A stretch of 64,000 bases of DNA, from positions 1 to 64,000 of IMG/VR virus record IMGVR_UViG_3300030098_002040, one strand, 5' to 3'. The notes under the pieces were generated by a model. The model made no database searches. It was not told where the DNA came from and saw only the letters and a program-made list of their open reading frames with translations. This DNA is from an uncultured virus (IMG/VR IMGVR_UViG_3300030098_002040). Taxonomy: Duplodnaviria; Heunggongvirae; Uroviricota; Caudoviricetes. A program made the translations under genes and the position numbers. Below, one piece after another: positions 27,277 to 37,352 of the stretch (the stretch's first letter is position 1; the number at the start of each line of letters is the position of its first letter).

Positions 27277-27563
27277 TAGTCTGTCCTTTTGTCTTCATTA
27301 TCTAGTTTGCCAATTCTTTCCCAATCAGGATCAATATCTTTTAAAATCCTAATCATAGTTTCAAGACGGATGATAGAATTATCTAACGCACGGATTCTAT
27401 CTATTAATTTAACTACCATTTCCCATAATGAATTAAGTTTACTCATAAGAGTATTCATCATCCACTTCATCATAAAGTAGATGCCTCCTATAAGAACAAT
27501 AGCCATAAATACTGGAAAGCCTAAAGTTTCTATTAGGCTAATAAGCTCCGTGGTTTCCATCAT
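27276..27563 (-). CDS. Holin-like membrane protein (single TM plus coiled coil)
   Basis: LIETLGFPVFMAIVLIGGIYF transmembrane segment; close to the lysozyme gene. Confidence 0.6.
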   Translation of the reverse strand: MMETTELISLIETLGFPVFMAIVLIGGIYFMMKWMMNTLMSKLNSLWEMVVKLIDRIRALDNSIIRLETMIRILKDIDPDWERIGKLDNEDKRTD

Positions 27564-27571
27564 TCCCCCTT

Positions 27572-27841
27572 TTAATTACTACATTTCCATCTCTTTCTCG
27601 CTAAGCAAGCTCTCTTCTTAGGAGTTTTTCTACAGTCAATACCAAACTTTCTAATCTGCCCTTTGTTTCTAGCACAGAAAGATCGCTTACGAGGTCCTCC
27701 TCCGGGTTGTGGAGCCTTTAATTTAGAGCCAGTTTTTCGGTTAATCATACGCCGTCCTTTGGCTGTAAGACCACCTGCTTTGCTTTTGCATCCATTCTTA
27801 ATGGTACAGCCCTTCATGGCTCCTTTCTTTTTACTTGGCAT
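27572..27841 (-). CDS. Small Lys/Arg-rich basic phage protein
   Basis: GGLTAKGR...LKAP...RKRSFCAR...ARKRWKC. Confidence 0.75.
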   Translation of the reverse strand: MPSKKKGAMKGCTIKNGCKSKAGGLTAKGRRMINRKTGSKLKAPQPGGGPRKRSFCARNKGQIRKFGIDCRKTPKKRACLARKRWKCSN

Positions 27842-27953
27842 TTTTACCCCCTGTATTTTTAAATTTAACTTTAAAAGGTTTCATAACTTTCTTAGCATGA
27901 GAACCTGTAGCTCTTGTAGTCATACCACAAGCACATTTAAATTTCTTATGCAT
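27831..27953 (-). CDS. Small basic protein (40 aa, MHKKFKCACGMTTRATG...)
   Basis: Manual translation; TAATG coupling. Confidence 0.5.
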   Translation of the reverse strand: MHKKFKCACGMTTRATGSHAKKVMKPFKVKFKNTGGKNAK

Positions 27954-28186
27954 TACTTGCCCCCTTTCTTTTTCTTCCAGCTAATTCTAGCAGGACCTTT
28001 CTTGCGTTTAGCAGCAGCTGTACACTGTGCTTTTGTAGGACGACAAGCAGGATAAGGACGCTTGCTGCCTCCCTTAGCAGACTTACGTCCACAAGGTTTA
28101 CCAGTTTTACAATCAATCCACCCTTTGCCTTTATTACGACCAAACCATTTCCTTAATCCTTCACTACTACTTTTTCGTTTTGCCAC
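27953..28186 (-). CDS. Small basic Cys-containing phage protein
   Basis: GLRKWF...WIDCKTGKPCGR...YPACRP; GTG start inferred. Confidence 0.75.
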   Translation of the reverse strand: MAKRKSSSEGLRKWFGRNKGKGWIDCKTGKPCGRKSAKGGSKRPYPACRPTKAQCTAAAKRKKGPARISWKKKKGGK

Positions 28187-28334
28187 GCTTATTCCCCCAG
28201 TTAGCTGCCCCAACTTTACGGCATTTAACTAAAGCACCAGAAGCATAAGCTGAGGGCCATTTAGTATAACGAGATTTAACCTTATGGTAACAGGCATCTT
28301 TTTTGCCACCAGACTTTTTCTTTTTCCTAGCCAT
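28167..28334 (-). CDS. Small basic phage protein (55 aa)
   Basis: Manual translation MARKKKKSGGKKDACYHKVKSRYTKWPSAYASGALVKCRKVG... Confidence 0.7.
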   Translation of the reverse strand: MARKKKKSGGKKDACYHKVKSRYTKWPSAYASGALVKCRKVGAANWGNKRGKTKK

Positions 28335-28345
28335 AGCTTTCCCCT

Positions 28346-31300
28346 TTATCTATTAAATAACTCAAATGGAATACCTACGTTCCATGTTCTATTGTTTATA
28401 AATTTTGCATTACTAATATCTCTTACATTCATTTGTAATCTAAAGTAACCATGAGCTCCATCTTCTTCTCTAGTAAAATCAGTATGTTTTAGTTTGCTTG
28501 GATCTAAATTAGGAACATACGATCTACCATCCCCTGCTTCTGTATAATACCACCTTGCTTCTGATTTTCTACCTTTACTATTTTCGTAGTTTATTCGATC
28601 CATATTTAATAGCTTAGTTATATCCTTTAATCCTTTATAGTCTAATCTTTCTCTAATAAAATCTTTAGATTCTATATCACTTTCCATTAAGTTTAATAAA
28701 AAAGAATTTAAAGTTTTATTGCCCTTATCTTGTTTATTAAACCAAGCAGATGCATACTCTTTAATTGGGTCAAGCATTTCGTTAGTCATATCCTTATTAG
28801 GTGTATTAACTTGCAATAAACTAAAAGCAGCCGTAGCTAAACTTTCTGCATTTGTATATTTTTTATTTGTAAGGTTATAAATAAAATCTTTAGACATTAT
28901 ATTTGTTTCTGTATAATTTCTTAAAACTGTTTGCATGTGAGGATTCGTTATTCTATCATCATTATATGGAGTCAAATTATTCGTTGGAGAATATTCTAAG
29001 CTATCAAATTCTCTTCTTTTTTTACTAGCCTCTTTCATTTGTTGTTGCCCTAATTGATTTGTAATACGAGCTACAGTTATTCCATTATTAATGTCATTAA
29101 AATATGCAAGTTTTTTATCTGGAGGATACGCTAATCCTACAGAATGCCAATTAGTCATATCACTATTTAATTCTATGGGCGACTCTATCATAGGGTTTGA
29201 AATAAAGTATAGATTAGGATCATTAGCTCCCATTATACCATCTAAAATTTGAATACCTGAAAATGGTTTATTGTTATTTAAACTTGATGTTTTTCCATTT
29301 AACATTGTTAAAGCATGTTTTACAGTTGGATTTTTATCTATTAAAGTTTCCAGTCTTATCCTCATGTCAGTTACGCCTTGAACTATTACATTATCTTCAT
29401 TCCAATTTCCTATGGTTCCAGAAAAATTTTGTTTAAGTATTTTATTTTGTTGGTCTATTGTAAATGCACCATTAAAATATTTACCTTCTGGTCCTTCGTT
29501 GGGACCATAAATATTTGGTATCCCTGCTCCTCCAAACTTACCGCCCATAGTATCACTAGAAAATAGATCTACAAACATATTAGCATCTTTAATATCTATT
29601 AAACTGTATATAAGGTGATCTTCAGAAAGACTTTTTCCTCTTTCTTTTACTATTTTATTTAATAATCTTTCAGAAGGATTAGTAGCAGCTTCTTTCCACC
29701 ATCCAACTTGTCTTGCTTCGTTTTTCCATTCTGCTAAAACATTTTGCAAATCATTAAAATCTTCAGGGCTTATATAACCATATGTATTTAAAAGAGCTTT
29801 GCTTTTAAGAAGGGTTGCGAAAGTATTTACTAAAATTGGTTCATCGCTAATTACTGTGTCAGTATTAAGATTAACAATATCGTATGACAATGTTTCTGCA
29901 TCTTTTAGTTGTCTTCTTTCTTGATAGAAATTTTCTTGGGCAAGCATTTCATTTGCATAGGCTAATTTAATTTGTCTATCTTTATCTAAGCCATTTAAAT
30001 AAATATTAAACTGTTCTGGTTTTTTTAAAAACTCTTGTGATAATTTTCTTAGATCCATCTCTGATGCATGTTTTGCAAAATTTAACATTGCTTCAGCTTC
30101 TTCTCTAGCAGCAACAGATTCCACAGAAGGCTGATCTCCGCTTCGATTTATAAATAAACCTAATATATCTGAATCTGTAATAGCAAATGATCTGCCTTGT
30201 ATTTGGGTATTAAGTCCTTTATAATAATGAGCTAAAAATCCAAAAGCATTAACACTTTTAGCAGTCCAGTTTCCACTTTCCATAGATCCTTGTACATCTT
30301 CAAAAGAATTTTTTAAAGCATTGTCTAAATTATCATTGCTTCTAACTCCTCCGTTTGGATTATTAATTTTATGCATTGCAATAGATCGACCAGCTTCAAA
30401 TCCAGAAGCAACATTATAGTACGTTCCTGTTGCAATTGAATCTATTATACCATAGCCGTCTTCTATTAACGTCCTATGCCTTTGCTCTGAGTTATTTCCT
30501 TTAGGATTAAATCTTAAAGGTTCCCCTTCTTTTTCATACCAATCCCCTTCTACTTGATATATATTGGAAGCATTATCTTGAATAGTTGCTTTAGACATAT
30601 CTTCTATATAAGGTATATCAGTTGGATGAAACGGTGTACTATCTTTAGGATCTGTAGACATTATAGTTTCTGTTTCTAGTTTTTCACTAACATTCTTTTG
30701 TGTTTCTTCCCCTACATCAATAACCCCGCCATTTATAGGATAGTCTCCAGTAGTAGCAAATAATATATCTAAAATTTTTAAATCTTCATCACCCTCTTTA
30801 TAAAAATCTAATATATCTATTTCGTTTCCATCATCAGTTATATAAGATCCTTCTCCTCTTACAAACTCTGCAAACCTTTCGTTAATTACCGTATTTCCAT
30901 CGTCTAGTATTGTTGTTAACTCATTTCGATTTACTCCTAAGCGTTCAAGAGTTGGCATAATTTTATCATAAAGTACATCCGCTACTTCTTTCGTAGCTTC
31001 AGCAACCTCTTTATCTGTATAGTTTTTAACATTAGTAATTACATTTTTAGTATTAGGAGTAAAATCACCTACATCTTTTAGTTTCATAGAATAACGAGGG
31101 TCTTCTCCTGCTTTTGCTATTATATGTTTTAATAAACTTTGATCTGTAAACTTAGCTATTATTGTATTATCAAAACCTTTTTCTTTTAAATATGTTATTA
31201 ATTTATTATTTGATAGTCTTAGTGCATCTGCGTCCTCGTAAGCCGGATTAGACATAATTAAAGTTATATCTTCTAATAAATCGCCCTCTATGAATCCCTC

Positions 31301-32812
31301 TTTTTTAAGGGGATCTTTAGCAGAATAGGGCATGGTAAAACCATACAGACTAGATTCTCCTATACCTTTAAGTTCTAGCTTTTCAAAAATATTGTCGTTA
31401 TTTATACCAGAAAAATCTAACTTATCTTTTTCAAACCTTTTTCTTTCAAGACTATTAAGTCTTTGTTGGGTTTGTTTATACACATCAAGAACATTTTCTG
31501 CATTTGTTTGGTCTTCAGTACTTTTATCTCTAGATATAGCCTCTCTCATTAGAGTACCATACAAAGAATTTTGTTCGGCAATTTTTTCTATTGTAGGATC
31601 TTTAATACTTAATTCATTTCTTACCTGTTCAGTAGGATATCCTGAGACTGAATCTCTTGTAGAATTTAAATATATCATTTTACTAGCTTGAATTAAAACA
31701 TCTTTAAACTCTCTAGCATCATTTTTAGCAGTATTAAAAATACTGTTGATAAGATTATTCCAAGATGCTCCTCCTGCTTCATACAGTGCCATTATTTCAT
31801 TTTGATTAGGTAAAGTATCTGTTGGTTTTTTAGTTCTTGCTTTAATATCTTGATTTATTTTAGAAAGATTATTCCAAACAACTTGAGCTGTTCCTAAATG
31901 TTCTAGATATTCGTCTTCATCTGGAGCATTTACAGGTATTTGTTGCCATTCTGGAAGATCTTTATTTGTATCTGCAATAGTTTGTAAAAGACTAGACATA
32001 TCTACCATTCCAGTTTTAGGATCTATATGACCTACAATAAGATCAGCATCTCCAACTATTGCTAAAGCTTGAGCATAAGACTCTATAAAATCAGTTTCTT
32101 GTCCTAGTACAAAACCACTGTTAGGATCATTTACAATATCTTCTAATGTTTTTCTTAATTTAAATATTGTTTCATCTTTTGTTAATTTATAAGTTTCTTG
32201 TGCTAAAGTAGAAGTAGCTTCAATCCTTAACTGCATTAATTTATCTTCAATGCTAGGATGAGCCTTTGGAAGTATTTCATTTATATAATTTATTCTATCT
32301 TGTGGATCTATTAATTGTGCTATTTCACTTTGATACTTTAAAAATTCATCATTAACTATATCTATATTATTATCCGTTGCAATTTTATCTCTTTGAGAAA
32401 TATAGTTATTATGTGTTGTTGTGTATTTTTCTATTCCATATTTTTTTTCAAGCCCTTTTACTTTATTTAAAGCTTCTGCTATTGTTAATTCACCAGCACT
32501 TTGTTGTTTCATAATATTACTTATTTCTTCTTGTACATCAACATCTTTTTTTCTATCGACTTCTTTTTTTGAATTAGAATAAGCTCGAACTGCATTAGTC
32601 AGGTAGTTTGTTTCTGGTCCTAAAGTTTTAAACAATGTTTCCATAAAGCTTGGACCTTCTCCTTGTGGACCCGCTTGTACCGTTCCTTGCATAGATATAT
32701 CTAAAGGGGCTGGAGTTGGAGCAGAGAATATCGCCTGTCCTTGAACTTCAGGTTGCATAACTTGTATTCTACCTTGATTAGGTTCTCTTCTTGTATTATC
32801 CATTCTAGGCAT
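28346..32812 (-). CDS. Large internal virion protein (gp15-like position, 1488 aa)
   Basis: Size, Q/P-rich N-terminus, helical composition, and position after the gp14-like gene. Confidence 0.6.
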   Translation of the reverse strand: MPRMDNTRREPNQGRIQVMQPEVQGQAIFSAPTPAPLDISMQGTVQAGPQGEGPSFMETLFKTLGPETNYLTNAVRAYSNSKKEVDRKKDVDVQEEISNIMKQQSAGELTIAEALNKVKGLEKKYGIEKYTTTHNNYISQRDKIATDNNIDIVNDEFLKYQSEIAQLIDPQDRINYINEILPKAHPSIEDKLMQLRIEATSTLAQETYKLTKDETIFKLRKTLEDIVNDPNSGFVLGQETDFIESYAQALAIVGDADLIVGHIDPKTGMVDMSSLLQTIADTNKDLPEWQQIPVNAPDEDEYLEHLGTAQVVWNNLSKINQDIKARTKKPTDTLPNQNEIMALYEAGGASWNNLINSIFNTAKNDAREFKDVLIQASKMIYLNSTRDSVSGYPTEQVRNELSIKDPTIEKIAEQNSLYGTLMREAISRDKSTEDQTNAENVLDVYKQTQQRLNSLERKRFEKDKLDFSGINNDNIFEKLELKGIGESSLYGFTMPYSAKDPLKKEGFIEGDLLEDITLIMSNPAYEDADALRLSNNKLITYLKEKGFDNTIIAKFTDQSLLKHIIAKAGEDPRYSMKLKDVGDFTPNTKNVITNVKNYTDKEVAEATKEVADVLYDKIMPTLERLGVNRNELTTILDDGNTVINERFAEFVRGEGSYITDDGNEIDILDFYKEGDEDLKILDILFATTGDYPINGGVIDVGEETQKNVSEKLETETIMSTDPKDSTPFHPTDIPYIEDMSKATIQDNASNIYQVEGDWYEKEGEPLRFNPKGNNSEQRHRTLIEDGYGIIDSIATGTYYNVASGFEAGRSIAMHKINNPNGGVRSNDNLDNALKNSFEDVQGSMESGNWTAKSVNAFGFLAHYYKGLNTQIQGRSFAITDSDILGLFINRSGDQPSVESVAAREEAEAMLNFAKHASEMDLRKLSQEFLKKPEQFNIYLNGLDKDRQIKLAYANEMLAQENFYQERRQLKDAETLSYDIVNLNTDTVISDEPILVNTFATLLKSKALLNTYGYISPEDFNDLQNVLAEWKNEARQVGWWKEAATNPSERLLNKIVKERGKSLSEDHLIYSLIDIKDANMFVDLFSSDTMGGKFGGAGIPNIYGPNEGPEGKYFNGAFTIDQQNKILKQNFSGTIGNWNEDNVIVQGVTDMRIRLETLIDKNPTVKHALTMLNGKTSSLNNNKPFSGIQILDGIMGANDPNLYFISNPMIESPIELNSDMTNWHSVGLAYPPDKKLAYFNDINNGITVARITNQLGQQQMKEASKKRREFDSLEYSPTNNLTPYNDDRITNPHMQTVLRNYTETNIMSKDFIYNLTNKKYTNAESLATAAFSLLQVNTPNKDMTNEMLDPIKEYASAWFNKQDKGNKTLNSFLLNLMESDIESKDFIRERLDYKGLKDITKLLNMDRINYENSKGRKSEARWYYTEAGDGRSYVPNLDPSKLKHTDFTREEDGAHGYFRLQMNVRDISNAKFINNRTWNVGIPFELFNR

Positions 32813-32814
32813 TA

Positions 32815-33483
32815 TTAATTTCCTCCAAAGATACTGCTGTATAAATCAGGTATTTGCAATCCCTGTAGTTGGGATTCAAATGCCCCACCTGCTATTGATC
32901 CTCCAGCACTTAATCCAGCTCCTAATAAACCAGAACCAAGAGCTTGCGTTGGAGTAGATCCACTATATACTCCGGGTATGTAAGCATCAGGAGCTTTTTC
33001 AGAAAGATTCATTCTTGATAATGATTGTTCCATTTCTTCTTTATTCTTTCTTAAAGACTGAGCCCTATTCCATTCTAAAGTTTTAATATTTTTAAAAGCA
33101 TTGTTTAAATTCATTCTACTTAAGGCTTGACCAGTTCCAGAACTAGGATCTATTCCTCTTCCAGTAAGTTGGCTATCCATTTTAGATTGCATAGCTTGAT
33201 ATGATCTCATAACATCTTCTTCTTGTCTGTCTTGTAGTATATTAATTATAGCTTTATTAGTTCCATACTGAGTTCCTGCTACCTTATTAATTCTATTATT
33301 CATAATATTTCTATTTACATTAGCCATCATTTCATTATAAGCTTTTTTATTAAACTGTGTTTGGCGAATGTATTCTTGCCGATCAAATTCTGCCTTTTTT
33401 CTTGCAGCTTCAGCGGATGCACCAAATGCACCAAAGACACCTTGGGCTAAATTAGCTACTGCCATTGCTGTGAATGGGTCCAT
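32815..33483 (-). CDS. Internal virion protein (gp14-like)
   Basis: MDPFTAMAVANLAQGVFGAFG N-terminus, Q/N-rich coil, GRGIDPSSGT, Gly-rich C-terminus; GGAGGAG RBS. Confidence 0.7.
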   Translation of the reverse strand: MDPFTAMAVANLAQGVFGAFGASAEAARKKAEFDRQEYIRQTQFNKKAYNEMMANVNRNIMNNRINKVAGTQYGTNKAIINILQDRQEEDVMRSYQAMQSKMDSQLTGRGIDPSSGTGQALSRMNLNNAFKNIKTLEWNRAQSLRKNKEEMEQSLSRMNLSEKAPDAYIPGVYSGSTPTQALGSGLLGAGLSAGGSIAGGAFESQLQGLQIPDLYSSIFGGN

Positions 33484-35189
33484 TATCTTCTCCTCCTCCA
33501 CATATTATTAGTATATGAATGTTTAATAACACTATGTCCTTTAGGCTTATGACTCATTGGCTTGCCATTTACAAGAACAGCTCCACTTACTTTATCGCCT
33601 AATAATTTGTATCCTCGTTTGTCGCCTAACCAACTATTAATAATTTCATCTCTATCATCTTCTTCTCTCTTACGAACTTGTTCATCTACATCAAACTGTA
33701 TTCGTTCTTGATAGTACGATACCGCAGCAGACAATGCATCAATACGGTCATCATGAGCCAATGATCCACGGCTATAATTAATTCTAGTTATTTGCCTTTG
33801 TGTTTCTTCCTCTCGTATAGCCTTCTTGTTAAAGACTAAACGATGATTACCAAACACAGGTTCTAAAATCTTAAGGATTCGAGATTCTTTTTGTCCCCCT
33901 ACCCTATATTCTTCAATAGCAATCTGACCACACCACTTGGCTACTTCAGGACGCAAGATTTGTACATACATAGCATCACCAAAGTTAGACTCTACTCTTA
34001 CTAAATTTATATTATATTGATTAATTAATTTACAGATAGTCTCAAGAGAAGAAGAATCATAACCGTTTCCTTGAATCCCTATGAGTTCGTGTATGAAGAC
34101 ATACCCATTCTTGGTAGAGGCGATGCATACCGCCGTTTCATCCTTGCCCCTACCAGATGGGTCTATTGTCATAATGGTTTGTTCGTATTCTGAGAAATGG
34201 TCAGAAACCCACATAGGATCGTATATAGCGTCTCCGGCTACACCAAAGGTAGGTATGGACTTATTTTTATCAGAAGAAGCCCAGACGAGCTTCTCTGGTC
34301 CTACAAAGGGATCTAGGTCTACGACTATTAAGTCTGACAATCGTAGAGGATATTTCTGAGCATCAGCCAAGCTAGTATCCAGTTTGTAGTGCAAGCTAAA
34401 TAGCGTAGGTCCCACCTTAGCCATACGCTCTAGCAATAATTCTTTAGGGAATCTTTCAGGTTGAGTAGGCTCTCCTACTTCTACATCAAGACTCCATATA
34501 TAATCGTTTACATTTTCACATTCTGCTGGCTTTGTTTTATCAGGCATGACAGCAGGGAACTTAGTTACTTCATAGTGATTAGACAGTTGGATATAGATAG
34601 AATCTTTAATCTGCGGTGTTCCCAAGAATATGATTCTACCCCCCGGATTCCTAATCTGCTCTGCTTCTAGACACTTATTTAAAAGCTTAGATCTAGCAGC
34701 AGGTGTTTCACAATTACCTTCGATTTCTACATCATCAAATATAATATATTCAGCATGAGAACCTGTTATCTGAGACGTAATACCTCTCGCATAGCAAGAC
34801 TTATCTTGCCCAGCTTTTGTACGAGCTTCGACATTAAAAGCAAAAGCATTATCAACAGTATTATCTCCCGGTCTGAGTGACTTGCAGTATGGTACAAGAT
34901 CAAGTATTCTTCTTGTCATACTAATAAATTCCGTAGCTTTCATTCCTGTAGCAGATATAACTAGTATAGTAGTATTAGGATCTTTTAAAAGAAACCAACT
35001 TGCTAAACAAGAAGTAATTACAGACTTTCCGAAACCTCTACCAGCTTGAAGTTGCATATCTTTAGGACCATGTTGCAAAGCATCAGCCATTGCGTACTGT
35101 GCAGGTGTAGGTTCCCCTAAACCCAAGTATTTGAAACAAGCCCACAAGTGGTTACGAAAGTCACTTAATACTTCTTTTGATGGTTTCAT
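33483..35189 (-). CDS. terL: Terminase large subunit (T7 gp19-like)
   Basis: QAGRGFGKS, GITSQITGSHA, IIFDDVE, IDPSGRGKDET, ESNFGD, HDDRIDAL. Confidence 0.95.
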   Translation of the reverse strand: MKPSKEVLSDFRNHLWACFKYLGLGEPTPAQYAMADALQHGPKDMQLQAGRGFGKSVITSCLASWFLLKDPNTTILVISATGMKATEFISMTRRILDLVPYCKSLRPGDNTVDNAFAFNVEARTKAGQDKSCYARGITSQITGSHAEYIIFDDVEIEGNCETPAARSKLLNKCLEAEQIRNPGGRIIFLGTPQIKDSIYIQLSNHYEVTKFPAVMPDKTKPAECENVNDYIWSLDVEVGEPTQPERFPKELLLERMAKVGPTLFSLHYKLDTSLADAQKYPLRLSDLIVVDLDPFVGPEKLVWASSDKNKSIPTFGVAGDAIYDPMWVSDHFSEYEQTIMTIDPSGRGKDETAVCIASTKNGYVFIHELIGIQGNGYDSSSLETICKLINQYNINLVRVESNFGDAMYVQILRPEVAKWCGQIAIEEYRVGGQKESRILKILEPVFGNHRLVFNKKAIREEETQRQITRINYSRGSLAHDDRIDALSAAVSYYQERIQFDVDEQVRKREEDDRDEIINSWLGDKRGYKLLGDKVSGAVLVNGKPMSHKPKGHSVIKHSYTNNMWRRRR

Positions 35190-35194
35190 TAATA

Positions 35195-36049
35195 TTATCC
35201 TCCCATACGTCTGTCATCATAGGTATTTAAATTTTGACTAAGCTCAGCAATCATAGATGGATTAGAAGATAAATCTTCAGTTGATAAAGTTTGTGCAGAT
35301 ACACAATGACAAGTTGTTGGAGGACCATATTGATAAGTTCCCGTAGTATCGCTATCAAATTTATGATGGATATAACCTTGAATTTTTCCACGATTAGCAG
35401 AAGTTTGAGCACTATGATATAATATTACTTCGCCAATATCAGACTTCCAAAAAGAAGTTCCTTTAGCTCCTCTTCCTCCAATAGTTATTTCACTATCATC
35501 TGCTGATCCACTTTGAGTACCAGAATCATCATTATCATTAGCATTTAAATGTAAGTAAGCTGTTGTACCTGATCTATACATACCTGCCCAGTTATAAGAG
35601 TCTGCTGTTAAGGCATCACTACTTAATGTATCGCCTGAACCTCCACCAATAGTAGCTCCATATTGTATTTTAATTTGTCTTGAAGTATTTACTCTTATCT
35701 CTGTTTGGTTAGTAGCATTATCATGAGCTTTTAAAACACGAACACTACCATCTGACGGAGCTGGAATTGTTGCTTTAAAATATATTCCATAATAATAATT
35801 TCCAGTTCCTACATCAAAGGGTCCCTCAGTAGTTTCAGTAGTATCATACATTGTTCCTGTGTTATCTGCACCAGAAAAAGTAACAATAGGAACTCCATTC
35901 TTTCTATTAACAGTTCCATTGTCATGGCTTGCTAATACTACTGCATCATCTTTATTAAAACTTACATCTCTCCATCTTGAAACTCCTGCCTCTTCTGCTT
36001 TTAACCAAAAATTTAAATCGTTAAGATCATTTGGTTTAAATAGTGGCAT
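35195..36049 (-). CDS. LamG/concanavalin-like virion accessory protein
   Basis: LNFWLKA...VSRWRDVS and TIGG...DIGEVILYH...IQGYIHHKF pattern. Confidence 0.65.
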   Translation of the reverse strand: MPLFKPNDLNDLNFWLKAEEAGVSRWRDVSFNKDDAVVLASHDNGTVNRKNGVPIVTFSGADNTGTMYDTTETTEGPFDVGTGNYYYGIYFKATIPAPSDGSVRVLKAHDNATNQTEIRVNTSRQIKIQYGATIGGGSGDTLSSDALTADSYNWAGMYRSGTTAYLHLNANDNDDSGTQSGSADDSEITIGGRGAKGTSFWKSDIGEVILYHSAQTSANRGKIQGYIHHKFDSDTTGTYQYGPPTTCHCVSAQTLSTEDLSSNPSMIAELSQNLNTYDDRRMGG

Positions 36050-36051
36050 GA

Positions 36052-36423
36052 TTATTCTCCTAAGAATACTGTTACTAAGGGAGTATTAGCAGTGCTTGAT
36101 TGTACTGCTCTCATAAAAGGAAAGAGAGTTACTACAGCACTTTTAGATCCAGCTTGTCCTGCTGTATTTATTGCACCAAAATCATGCACTTCAATATAAG
36201 TAGTATCATCAAAAGAACCTTCAATTTTAATAGAAGCAATATCGCCACTATCTGTTGAAGTTTGTACTGCATGTACAAGTCCTGTCCTAAATCTTTCCAT
36301 TTTCATTTCTTTGCCACTACCTGTACCATCCGCAGTTGATCCTTCTAGTAATTTATGAATTACCATTCTTGGATGATATATTGTTCCTAGTGGTCCTATT
36401 CCTGTTCCGACTGCCATAGTCAT
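36052..36423 (-). CDS. Small beta-rich virion-associated protein
   Basis: IKIEGSFDDTTY...FPFMRA pattern; position among tail genes. Confidence 0.55.
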   Translation of the reverse strand: MTMAVGTGIGPLGTIYHPRMVIHKLLEGSTADGTGSGKEMKMERFRTGLVHAVQTSTDSGDIASIKIEGSFDDTTYIEVHDFGAINTAGQAGSKSAVVTLFPFMRAVQSSTANTPLVTVFLGE

Positions 36424-37169
36424 ATTCTCCTTTTATGAGGCAATTGCCTCTTTTTAGTTTTAGATGGCAACAAATCTTCTTCTACATACTTATGCCACTT
36501 ATGCATAGTATTATCATTTGGTGATATAAGAGTTAAAGATTTTTCGCCATTAAAATAAGTTAAAAAGACCCCACCTTTTGTAAGGGTAAACTGTACAACA
36601 GCAGAAGGTCCCTTTTGCATACCTTGATCTAGGTAAATTACAATTAATGTAGAAAGAGTTATATTAAAATTATTTCTTATAATATTATTTTCCTTATCAT
36701 GATACATAGGAAGAAATATATTATCATAACTCCATCCATTATCTGGTAAGGGTAAATAAGCTCTATGGAAAGATACAACTGATCCTACAGATTCAAAATC
36801 TTTTGCTTCTGATCCTGCCCACCATATAGCTCCTGCACTATGAGCTCCCATAAATTTACCTGCTATTGTAGTAGCATTGTATTCTTTAGTTAGCCTTGCT
36901 AACTTATATCCAGTAAGAGCACTACCTCCCGGTGTATCTATAATAATTCTAATAACTAGTTTTTTATGCTCTGCTTCTTTACATATTTTATTAAAATACT
37001 TTGATACAGAAGCATCAATCATACCATAAAAACGCCAATCATAATATCTGTCTGTAGCATCGTACTCAGTATCAATAAATGAATCATGGCAATTAGGCTC
37101 AGGCATAACCGAACCATACACACATGTAGCAAATACAATCTCAATAGCTAATAATATTCGTGCAAACAT
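36420..37169 (-). CDS. Exported ClpP/crotonase-fold protein
   Basis: Hydrophobic N-terminus; IDTPGGS, AHSAGAIWWAG, VSFHRA. Confidence 0.6.
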   Translation of the reverse strand: MFARILLAIEIVFATCVYGSVMPEPNCHDSFIDTEYDATDRYYDWRFYGMIDASVSKYFNKICKEAEHKKLVIRIIIDTPGGSALTGYKLARLTKEYNATTIAGKFMGAHSAGAIWWAGSEAKDFESVGSVVSFHRAYLPLPDNGWSYDNIFLPMYHDKENNIIRNNFNITLSTLIVIYLDQGMQKGPSAVVQFTLTKGGVFLTYFNGEKSLTLISPNDNTMHKWHKYVEEDLLPSKTKKRQLPHKRRI

Positions 37170-37192
37170 AGACAGACTCCTTATTTAATTAT

Positions 37193-37351
37193 TTATTTTT
37201 TCTTTTCTATGGATCGTAAACGATCTTCATGGTCGTGAACAATCTCCTTCATTGAATCAATAGCGGTTGTAATGTAACCTAGTTCTCTTTGTATTTTCCA
37301 GAGCATTCCAATGATGCCCAATCCAGCAATTAATTCTGGTATGCTTTCCAT
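37193..37351 (-). CDS. Small membrane/coiled-coil protein, holin- or XhlA-like (52 aa)
   Basis: Manual translation MESIPELIAGLGIIGMLWKIQRE...HEDRLRSIEKKK. Confidence 0.55.
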   Translation of the reverse strand: MESIPELIAGLGIIGMLWKIQRELGYITTAIDSMKEIVHDHEDRLRSIEKKK

Positions 37352-37352
37352 T

